64,000 nt of DNA from the human T2T-CHM13v2.0 reference genome, Homo sapiens: the NCBI RefSeq assembly GCF_009914755.1, contig NC_060947.1; one strand, given 5' to 3'. This document shows positions 53,995 to 64,000 of the stretch, piece by piece. The notes under the pieces were generated by a model. That model had not been told where the DNA came from, did not search any database, and saw only the letters and a program-made list of their open reading frames with translations. Position numbers and translations under genes: made by a program. How positions within the stretch are numbered: position 1 is the first letter of the stretch; every line of letters starts with the position of its first letter.

Positions 53995-54199
53995 TCTTCA
54001 TTAAACAATCATTATAATCACAGGTTTGAAGGTGTCCATGCCTGAGCTCCAGTTAACTAATTGCTGTCATTTGCTAAGTGCTTTCGTTGGCTGAGTTCAG
54101 AGGACAGATGCTCCCCCACCTGGGACAAAAACAGGCTAATTTGCAAAATCCCTTTTTAATAGCACATTTCTCTGTATGTCTGTAGTTATCTGTTTCTTT
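53995..54199 (+). repeat. Left arm of a 205-bp inverted repeat
   Basis: Reverse complement of 55387-55591; 19 mismatches in 205 bp by hand, no gaps. Confidence 0.95.
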
Positions 54200-54735
54200 A
54201 TCAGAACCCCAACATGCAAGTGTAGGTCCTAGAGAGAAAGATGAGAGAGAACACCCTGATTTAAAGTATTTTCAAATATAACAGTCTATCAAATAGAGGA
54301 GATTTGGAAAGCAAATTTCATTATGAAACCCCACATTCGGAAAAGAATCACAAACACAGAGACACAGGTTTGCAAACCAATATCAAAGTCAGGACTGTAT
54401 TCCAACAAGTAATCTCTGACAAGTATGAATTTGCAAGCTTGTGCCTCATCCCTCTCCCAGAATATAATTCTGTCAATTTGTCTGTGTAGCCTTGGGTGTC
54501 ACCTACATCTACCTCATCCATCGAATAATAATTTTCTTCCCCAAAGTACCTATTATTTGTCAGGCTTTGTGGTGAGCAGTTTATATTTGCCACACACCTG
54601 GAAATGAAGATTGAAAGAAGTAGTGATGTCATTTTCACCATCTTGACCTCCACACCACCCAGTGAGGGGGAGATGATAACAGGTATCATGCATAGCCCAT
54701 AAATGAGCAAGATATGTGTAGCTTCTGGATAGGTA

Positions 54736-55068
54736 TGGAAGGGAGGAAGGGAGGGAAGGAGGAGAAAGAAAAAAGGAGGGAGGAAAAGAAACAGAGAGAG
54801 AGAGAGAATGAGGGAGGCAGAAAGAGGGAGGAAAGAAGAGAAGAAGAGACAGATGAAGAAAGGAAGGAGGAAAAAAGAAAGGATGGATAAAAGAAAACAG
54901 AAGGAAGGGAAAGAGAAAACGTGGGAGGAAAGGAGGGATGAAAGAAAGGAAGGAGGGAGGGGAAAATGAGGAAGGAAGGAAGGAAGAGAGGGAGGGAGGG
55001 GAGGGGGAGGAGGAGAAGAAGGAGAAGAAGGAGGAGGAGGAGGAGGGAAGGAGGAGGAGGAAAGAGGA

Positions 55069-55116
<48 letters not shown>

Positions 55117-55287
55117 AAAAGAAAGAGAAAGAGGGAGGGAGGGAGGGAGGAAGGGAGGAAAGAGGGAAGAAGGAAGGAAGTCAAAAGGAAGGAATGTCAA
55201 AAGAAAATGGAAGGAAGGAAAGAAGGAAGTTAAGGGGAGGGAAGAGAGAGGATGGGGAGGATGAAGAGAGGCCATAGGGAAGAGAGA
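54736..55287. repeat. GA-rich polypurine tract including (GAAA)13 at 55067-55118
   Basis: About 550 bp A/G-rich; lies inside the inverted-repeat spacer. Confidence 0.93.
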
Positions 55288-55386
55288 TATTTTTATATTA
55301 CCAAAGGCTCACCTTGATTGTAAAACTGAGCCAAGATGGGAATTTTGGTTTCTTGTCTGCCATCAGTATGGTGTCCCCAAAGAAAC

Positions 55387-55591
55387 AAAGAAATTGATAA
55401 CAACAGACATACAGAGAAATGTGCTATTAAAAAGGGATTTTGCAAATTGGCCTGGTTTGGTTTGGGGTGGGGGAGCATCTGTTCTCTGAACTCAGGTAAC
55501 AAAAGCACTTAGTAAATGACAGCAATTAGATAACGGAAGTTCAGGCATGGACACCTTCAAACCTGTGATTATAATGATTGTTTAATGAAGA
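55387..55591 (-). repeat. Right arm of a 205-bp inverted repeat
   Basis: Reverse complement of 53995-54199. Confidence 0.95.
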
Positions 55592-56013
55592 GCCAAGAGA
55601 GAGCCACTCTGGCATTCTAAAAGGAAAATGAGATACTCAAAATGACAAACCAGAGTGATAATCTATTAATGCGTTGACTTTCTCAGGAAGAGGAATCAAG
55701 TGATGCAGTGAATGGCACAGACAATCCTCACAGTGGAATGAGCTATAGTTGGCTACACATTTGAAGGACTAATGGAAAAATAAAGTAAAATGGAAGGCGG
55801 AGAGGTGGATGCTCTAGTTCTAACCCCTCTCTGTGACTAAGTAGCTTAGTGTCTTGCAGATTCCAGTACTTCCTTTAACATTTAGTAGGTCAACGCATGC
55901 ATTTAGGAGATCTTACACAACTGTGAGATGCAAGTAAATAATTACGTCTCATGGTCCTTGTAATGTAGTCTTACTCCTAGAATTCCTTATTCCCCACCTT
56001 GTCTTCACTGTAA

Positions 56014-56376
<363 letters not shown>

Positions 56377-56425
56377 TAGAACAGGTACATTGATTCACTT
56401 AGTCCCTTGATTTAACATTATTCCA

Positions 56426-56740
56426 CGCAGGGTATGGTGGCTCACACCTATAATCTCAGGAATTTGGGAGACTGATGTGGGAGGATCTTTTGAGCCCGGT
56501 AGTTTGAGACCAGCCTGGGCAGCATAGTGAGACCTCATCTGTGCGAAACATTAAAAAGATTAGCCAGGTGTGGTGTCATCTGCTTGTAGTTCCAGCTACT
56601 CACGAGGTTGAGATGAGAAAATCACTTGAGCCCAGGTGGTGGAGGCTGCAGTGAGCCGAGATCGTGCCACTGCACTCCAGCCTGGGTGACAGAGTGATAC
56701 TCCATCTCAAAAAAAAAAAAAAGAAAAAAAAAAAAAAAAA
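56426..56740 (+). mobile_element. AluJ
   Basis: GGTATGGTGGCTCACACCTATAATC...TTGAGCCCAGGTGGTGGAGGCTGCAGTGAGCCGAGATCG; long A tail. Confidence 0.9.
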
Positions 56741-57312
56741 GTTAAGCACAGAATTAGCACCTGACTCAGCAGCTTCACACCTAGGTATATACTTTCACAA
56801 ATGGACAACAGGGATGCGAACAGATGAAAACATTATTCACAATAGTCAAAAGATAGAAACAATCCAAATGTCCATCAACCAATACATGAACAAACAAAAT
56901 GGAGTCTAGCCACACAATGGAATACATTATTCAGCCATAAAAATTAAAGAAGCTGACTCATGCCATGTTCTTCTACAACATGGAAGATCTTTGAAGATAT
57001 TATGCTCAGTGAAGGGAACCAGACAAGAAGGAACACATATTGTATGATTTGGCTGATATGAAATATCTAGAGAAGGCAAATTCACAGGGACAGAAAGGAG
57101 ATTGGTGGTTACTAGGGGCTGAAGGAGGGAGAGAGGAAATGGAAAGTTGTTGCATAATGGTATAGATTTTCTCTTTGGAGTAAGAAAATATTTTGGATAT
57201 AGATAGAGGTGATATTTGCAAAACATTGTGAATATATTTAGTACTACAGAATTGCACACTTTGGTTAAAATGGCAAGTTTCACATTATGTGTGTTTTACC
57301 ACCATAAAAAAT
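56741..57312 (+). mobile_element. L1MB/MC-like 3' end
   Basis: CCAAATGTCCATCAACC...CACACAATGGAATACATTATTCAGCCATAAAAA...GTGTTTTACCACCATAAAAA. Confidence 0.85.
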
Positions 57313-57841
57313 AGTGGAAGAAAGTTAGCCCGGCCCTATTTAATTTTAGCAAAGAAGAAAACCCTAAAAGTCCTGACTTGACCACCACACAACCTATGCA
57401 TGTAACAAAATTGCACTTCTATTTCATAAATTTGTATAAATATATAAATAAATATTCTCAAAAGAAAGTTTATTAGCAAATGTCTGTATCTCCAGCCACC
57501 CCCAAAATACACATGCTAAAACTGTTTCATGAGAATTCCTGGGAAAATAATGAAGCAGTTTTACTAAAATCTATCGCTCTCACAAAATCTTTAATCTTTG
57601 TTGAAGTTTTTCTTTCTTGTTTTTTCTTAATTTTTAGCTGAACACGAATAAGTACGTGGAACCATCTGTTGCTTGAATGACCAACTCTTGTCTCCGGTAC
57701 AATCCTTTGTAAAATTCTCAATTGTGTAATTTAGTGTGGAAGCAAAATATCACTAGCTAGGCTTACAATCGTTGTGCTAGTTTTCAACTTAATTTCATGC
57801 CACACCAAAGGACTTGAGTAAAAAGTTCATGTAATAGTCTA

Positions 57842-58246
<405 letters not shown>

Positions 58247-58927
58247 TTAAATAAAGGTGTTAATATGATGAGAAAGGGTTACTAATGTAAAACTAAAGAC
58301 ATCTACAGAAAGTATATAAACGCTCCTTTTTTCTCTATGTTTCAGTTACATTTTTTTCTCTAACAATAATTTGAAGTCATAGAGTGGATTCAAGATAACC
58401 TGAATTTTTGTGCCTTGTCCAACTCTAAACCTTGGGAGACTTTTACCAAGCTATTTAATGCTTTTCTAGGTTTCAATGACATCGCTGAAAAGAGAGTGAA
58501 TGATAATTGTTCAACCTATTTCACAGAGAGTTGTTGGGAAGGTCAAAAATGAGCATTTCATTATAGGTATTTTATAAACTATAAACTAGCATGAAATGGA
58601 AAATGTTCACAGTTAACAGCATAAAATTCAACCCAGAGGACAAAGAGTTTAAAAATTGAAGAATGAAATTTCTGGGAGAAAATGTGTCCCTGACATAAAG
58701 GTGACATATTCTCAGGACTCAAACATGTTCAGGGGTGGGAAGAACAGTTGCTGATGCCAAGAACATTTTACCCTCATGACAAGCTCGGGACCTCCTCAGA
58801 ACTATCCACAGCATTGGTCTTCCCTGCGTGTGTCAGCTCTGCTAAAAGCAGGAGAGAGTGTCGGCTCTAGTAAAAACAGAGCTATGGTGCGAGGCTTATG
58901 AAACCTCTTGCCTGGAAGCCACTCCAC

Positions 58928-59143
58928 CAAGCATGTCCAATCTTTTGGCTTCCCTGGGCCACGTTGGAAGAAAAACTGGGGCCACACATAAAATACACTA
59001 ACACTCATGATAGCTGCTGAGTTTTGTTAAAAATGCAAAAACATCTCATAATGTTTCGAGAAAGTTTGCAAATCCGTGTTGGGCCATATTCAAAGCTGTC
59101 CTGGGCTGCATGCAGACCGCAGGCCATGGGTTGGACAAGCTTG
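58928..59143 (+). mobile_element. MER30 (hAT-Charlie) MITE
   Basis: TIRs CAAGCATGTCCAA / TTGGACAAGCTTG; internal CTTTTGGCTTCCCTGGGCCAC...GGGCCACACATAAAATACACTAACAC. Confidence 0.88.
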
Positions 59144-59224
59144 ACCTACACCATTCCATATTCTTAAGGCAGAAGAAAACTCAACTGCCAGTGATGACCA
59201 AATATAATGAGGAAGAACGTAGGC

Positions 59225-60065
59225 TTTTATCTGTTGAATTCTGTTCCCCCCAAAAAGATATGTTGGCATCTTAACCCCTTGGACCCCAGAATGTACCCTT
59301 TCTTAGAGACAGGGTCCTTGCAGACATAAATAGTTAAGATGAAGTCATACTGAAGTAGGGTGAGACCTCAATCCAATATGAGTGGTATCCTAAGAAAATG
59401 TGGCATGTATACACCATGGAATACTACTCATCCATGAAAAGGACTGAACTAATGGCATTCACAGCAACCTGGAAGGAGTTGGAGACCATTATTCTAAGTG
59501 AAGTAACTCAGGAATGGAAAACCAAACATCCTATGTTTTCACTCACAAGTGGGAGCTAAGCTATGAGAATGCAAAGGCATAAGAATGACACAATGGACTT
59601 TGGGGACTCGGGGAAAGGGTGGGAGGGGAGTGAGGGATAAAAGACCACATATTGGATACAGTGGACACTGCTCAGGTGATAGATGCACCAAAATCTCAGA
59701 AATCACCACTGAAGAACTTACTCATGTGACTAAACACCACCTGTTCCCCAAGATGAGTGGTATCCTTATAACAAGAGAAGAGACAAAGAGACAGACACAT
59801 ACAAAAAGAAGATCATGTGAAGACAGAGGCAGAGATTGGAGTGACACAGCCACAAGCAAAGAAACTCCAAAGATTGCTGGCCACCTACAGAAGCTAAGAG
59901 AGAGGCAATGAAACAGATCATCCCCTAGAGCCGTCAGAGAAAGCATGACCCTGTCCACACCTTGATTCCGGAATTCTGACCTGAGAACTGTGAGAGGATA
60001 CATGCCTGCTGTTTTAAATCACCTGGTATGTGGTATTTCTTAGTTCAGCTCTGAGAACAAATATG
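59225..60065 (+). mobile_element. MLT1B/C-like LTR, split by an L1 fragment
   Basis: TTGAATTCTGTTCCCCCCAAAAAGATATGTT...GTTAAGATGAAGTCATAC / ...GAAGACAGAGGCAGAGATTGGAGTGA...AGAACTGTGAGA. Confidence 0.85.
59392..59751 (+). mobile_element. L1PB-like 3' fragment lacking poly(A), with TSD
   Basis: AAGAAAATGTGGCATGTATACACCATGGAATACTAC...TAAACACCACCTGTTCCCCAA; flanked by (CCAAT/CCAAG)ATGAGTGGTATCCT repeats. Confidence 0.88.
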
Positions 60066-60243
60066 AGATATTCACTTTTTATTGTAGGTTACTCGGAGAT
60101 ACAGTAACTAATTCTCATCTAGAAATCGCAGGTCTGTATTGCGAGAAAGAGAGACTGCACTTTCCGCAAAAGGTAGTCATGACTCCATGAGCACCTTGCA
60201 GCAGCACCTGGTCCAGATGAAATTCCCATTCGGTCTTGGCTCC

Positions 60244-60943
60244 TTTGAAGATATTGATGACATTATGGTAAGTAAAGGACGCCAGACACAACACAACAAA
60301 TATTATGATTCCACTGCTATGCAATATCTAGAATGGGCAAATTCACACAGACAGAAAGTAGAATGGTGGTTACCAGAAGCTGGTGCAGTGGAGGGTGAGA
60401 AATGAGAACTTATTGTTTGCACTCTTATGAGTGCAAAGATTCAGCTTTGCAAGGTGAAAAGAGTTCTGGGGATAGATAGTGGTGATGGTTGCACAATATG
60501 AATGTACTGTAGTTAATACCACCAAACTCTCAAAAATGGCTAAAGTGGGCTGGGCGTAGTGGCTCAAGCCTGTAATCCCAGGACTTTGGGAGGCCGAGGC
60601 GAGTCGGATCACTGGAGGCCAGGAATTCGAGACCAGCCTGAACAACATGGTGAAACCGCATCTCTGCTAAATATAGAAAAATTAGCCAGGCGTGGTGGTG
60701 CATGCCTGTAATTCCAGTTACTTGGGAGGCTGAGAATGACAATTGCTTAATCCTGGGAGGCAGAGGCTGCAGTGAGCCAAGATTGCGCCACTGCACTCCA
60801 GCCTGGGTGAGAGAGTGAGACTCTGTCTCAAAAAAGAAAAAAAGAAAAGAAAAGAAACCACCACCACCACCACCACCAACAACAACAACAAAATGCTAAA
60901 ATGGTAAATTTTATTTTAGGTATATTTTACCATAATTAAAAAG
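60244..60943 (+). mobile_element. L1MB-like 3' end, interrupted by Alu
   Basis: GACATTATGGTAAGTAAA...GTAGAATGGTGGTTACCAG...GGTGATGGTTGCACAA...ATATTTTACCATAATTAAAAA. Confidence 0.85.
60548..60890 (+). mobile_element. AluS with AAAAG/(ACC)n/(AAC)n tail
   Basis: Dimeric Alu; TSD-like AAAATGGCTAAAGTG / AAAATGCTAAAATG. Confidence 0.92.
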
Positions 60944-61062
60944 TACTATGTTATTTTAAAAATTAAGGCTAACTTGGAAAAGTAAAGATTATAGTCTCTT
61001 GATCTGTAGTAACAGTGTCTTGAAAGGCATTCTTGGGGACTCTGGAGCCAGGCACCTTCCTC

Positions 61063-61162
61063 TTTGCTTTTTTGAGACAGGGTCTTACCCCTATCACCCA
61101 GGCTCTACCACAGCTCACTGCAACCTTGACTTCGTAGGCTTAGATGATTCTCCTACCTCAGC
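61063..61162 (-). mobile_element. AluJ right-arm fragment
   Basis: TTTTTTGAGACAGGGTCTT...CACAGCTCACTGCAACCTTGAC...CCTACCTCAGC. Confidence 0.75.
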
Positions 61163-61766
61163 AACTCCATCTTAAATAGGGGCTGGGTAAAATGCAGCTA
61201 AGACCTGCTGGGCTGCATTCCCTGAAGGTCTGGCATTCTTAATCACAGGATGAGATAGGAGGTCAGCTCAAGATACAGGTCACAAAGACCTTGCTGATAA
61301 AACAGGATGCGGTAAAGAAGCAGGCCAAAACCAAGATGGCCACGAAAGTGACCTCTGGCCATCCTCACTGCTCATATAGGCTAATTATCCTGCGTTAGCA
61401 TGCTAAAAGACACTTGCACCAGCGCTGTGACAGTTTACAAATGCCAGGGCAATGTCAGGAAGTTCCCCTATACTATATGGTGTAAAAAGGGAAGGAACTC
61501 TCAGTTCCTGGAACTGCCTACCCCTTTCCTGGAAAACTCATGAATAATCCACCCCTCATTGAGCATATAATCAGGAAATAACCATAAGTGTATCCAGTTG
61601 AGCAGCCCACACCACTGCTCTGCCTATGGAGTAGCAATTCTTTATTCCTTTACTTTCTTAATAAACTTGCTTTCACTTTACTCTATGGACTCACCTGGAA
61701 TTCTTTCTTGTGTGAAGTCCAAAACCCCTCTCTTGGGGTCTGGATTGGGACCCCTTTCTTGTAACA
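61160..61766 (+). mobile_element. MER41B-like ERV1 solo LTR (first about 20 bp lost)
   Basis: AGCAACTCCATCTTAAATAGGGGCTGGGTAAAATG...AATAAACTTGCTTTCACTTTACTCT...GGGTCTGGATTGGGACCCCTTTCTTGTAACA. Confidence 0.88.
61505..61534 (+). promoter_or_regulatory. Tandem GAS (STAT) motifs in the MER41 LTR
   Basis: TTCCTGGAA at 61505-61513 and 61526-61534 (TTCNNNGAA). Motif presence only; activity not shown. Confidence 0.6.
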
Positions 61767-62386
61767 AAATCATCTCATCCAAAGCTTGTAGGTTAGGGGC
61801 TTTTCAAAGACAGTTTAAGGGAAGGGGTCGGGGTAGCAGGTAACAGGTGCTTGCTGCCGATTGATTAAGGCAATGATGAAATCTTAGGGGGTTGAAGCTG
61901 TCCTCCTGAAGGCTGAATTGCTTCTGGGTGGGGCCACAGGAGGGGGGGTTGCTGGGTCCAGGTGGAGCCATGGGTATCAGACATGCAAAAAGACTGAAAA
62001 GTTATCTCAAAAGGCCAATCTTAGGTTCCACAATAGTGATGTTATTTACAAGAGTACTTGGGGAAGTTGCACATCTTATAACCTCTGGAATAACAGCTGG
62101 CAATCCTTCATGTCTGTGCCTTAGCAGGAATCAGGCTGTCCTCCTCCCTGCAGCCCGATGGCCTCCCATCAGCTTTACAACTGTGGTTGGGTTTCTGGGC
62201 AAGGCCTATTATCATTTAAACTGTAGCCTAAATGTCTTCCCAAGTTCGCTTGGCCCAATAGCGCAGGAATAATTAAGAGAAAGGCAAGATGAGGGGTGGG
62301 TTAGCTCAGCTTACTGTTATAATTTTTATCACTGATGATTGAATTTTTGCAAACTCGATTTTTCTCACTGATAGAATTTTTGCAAA
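61767..62386 (-). mobile_element. ERV1 LTR, LTR8/LTR26-group-like
   Basis: CTCAAAAGGCCAATCTTAGGTTCCACAATAGTGATGTTAT...CTCACTGATAGAATTTTTGCAAA, antisense of a TTTGCAAAAATT...CAGTGAGAAAA start. Confidence 0.65.
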
Positions 62387-63685
62387 CACACACTTGCCAA
62401 CTCACATATACTCACATGAACACACTGACACACAAACATGCTCACACACACCTGCACACAAACACACCATGCACAGAGTATTTTGCTACAACTTATTTTG
62501 CTCTTAGACTGATTCGTTTTTTCCTGCTTTAGGGAAAGACTGCTTTTAAAGCTGACCGTGAAATACAAGGGAATGTGCTCCTCCCTGAATTTCTTTTCTC
62601 TTTCTAAAAATTAACTACATGTAAGCTTAATTTTACAATTCTAAAGAGAGAGACACATGTTTGAGAACCTAGTATAAACAAAACGTGGTACATAGAAACA
62701 AACAAACAAATAAAAATCCTAGTATGTATTTCAGCATGTGCTTTGAAATCCTTTGACAAAATTGCAGAATCCTTTTAGGGGCTGAAACATTGACGTAATT
62801 CACAAACCACTGCAGTAGCCGTCTCTAATTCTCTCACAATTACTGTTAACACACTGGGTGAATACAAATTAGCAGATGAGAAAGATACCATGAAAACGTT
62901 TAAATTAAACTTGGCCCTGGCGCTTCCTGTAGGGGATGCTCCTGCACTCCCTAGAATTACCAAGAAGATTCAAACAAAAATATGTGAAGAGTTGGGGAAA
63001 TAGGATAGCATTTCTGCCCTTGGTGATTCAGGTGACAACAATTAGAAGCATGATTAAGGATGCTATCTAGATTTTTATGGCATATATCTATACAAGGCTT
63101 TGAAGTTAATAGTGTTTTAAAGGATATTCTCGGCTTTTCTGTTTTTGTTCCTGAAGCCTTTTTTTTTTTTTTTTTGTTAGGAAACCATAAGTTAAATATG
63201 GTATCACATTGATAATTATAATGTCGGCTTAATTTTAAATCGTCCCCACAGTTGCCTTCTGGCATGTATAGTTTTGTGTGCTAACAAACATTCTAGGCCA
63301 CTAATAATGAACTAACTAGGTAAAAATGGAATTATTTCTTTAGAATTGGAAATAAAAGAAGGAAACGTAAAAATGCAGAATAAATAGGAAGGCTGTAAAT
63401 TGAAATATAAATTTAGGATATGGAAGGGGAACAGGAACACTCAGTGCATTAATATGCATCTATGAATTTGAAAATTCTTCTCTAATGAGGTAAGCATTCT
63501 GTGAACTTACTTGATGGGGATAATTTTGCATCATTGACATGATCTCCTTTGTACTATTCAGTTCTTGCTTTCCAACTACCTAGAATTTTTTGAAATATTA
63601 TAAATTTTATGGACCAAGGTATGCTGCCATTGCAATTCAATCTGAGATTTTTTTGCTTATTGTATTATAAGCATTGCTAAATCGT

Positions 63686-63880
63686 ATTGTGTATGTATAT
63701 ATACAAGCACACATACAAAATACAATAAGCCAAATATATGTGTGTGTATATGTGTGTATATATAATATACATATATGATATAAATATATGCATATAGAGG
63801 TATACACATATTTGTCATATATTTACATATGTAAACTCATGAGTATATGCACAAGTAAATGATGCTTATATAATGTTACA
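63686..63880. repeat. (TA)/(TG) low-complexity tract
   Basis: TATATG/TGTG runs. Confidence 0.7.
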
Positions 63881-63918
63881 TAGTTCTTAGCTATGATAAA
63901 GGTAACTAGATGACAACT

Positions 63919-64000
63919 TTCTTTCTTTTCTTTTTCTTTTTTTTTTTTTTGAGACAGAATCTCGCTCTGCTGTCCAGGCTGGAGTGCAGTGGCACGATCT
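63919..64000 (-). mobile_element. Alu 3' end (truncated by window edge)
   Basis: T-rich tail followed by GAGACAGAATCTCGCTCTGCTGTCCAGGCTGGAGTGCAGTGGCACGATCT. Confidence 0.9.

Noticed and set aside
54348-55277. Longest ORFs in the track (278 aa and 240 aa on minus; K/E/R-rich ORFs on plus)
   Set aside because: They translate a GA-rich low-complexity tract that lacks stop codons by composition; there is no domain or splice context.
60198-60218. REST/RE1-like CAGCACCTGGTCCAG
   Set aside because: The right half-site does not match GGACAG.

Overview
AT-rich, CpG-poor primate (human-like) non-coding DNA, either intronic or intergenic. I find no supportable protein-coding exon, tRNA, rRNA or CRISPR array. 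The ORF track is explained by low-complexity tracts, Alu or LTR antisense frames and a decayed L1. The window is a layered retroelement landscape: about 20 Alu copies or fragments (J, S and Y types), eight THE1/MST-type MaLR LTRs (all in the first 33.5 kb), MLT1/MLT2 LTRs, ERV1-class solo LTRs (MER52-, MER4-, MER41- and LTR8/26-like), DNA-transposon relics (MER44, MER20, MER5, MER30), old L1M/L2/MIR pieces, and a 3.85-kb L1P with an intact 5' end but no 3' half. All subfamily names come from recalled consensus similarity, not from a RepeatMasker run. The most notable structure these repeats do not explain is an ungapped 205-bp inverted repeat (53995-54199 / 55387-55591, about 91% identical by hand count). 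It has no TSD and no transposon ends, and its transition mismatches are mostly G-U compatible on the + strand, so it is a candidate long-range RNA duplex or inverted enhancer duplication. Other highlights: a 1.75-kb palindromic AT-rich array, a tail-less L1 insertion with a TSD and 3' microhomology, a perfect 38-bp duplication at a THE1 deletion junction, and a MER41-type LTR retaining two intact GAS motifs. No new multi-gene system is evident.
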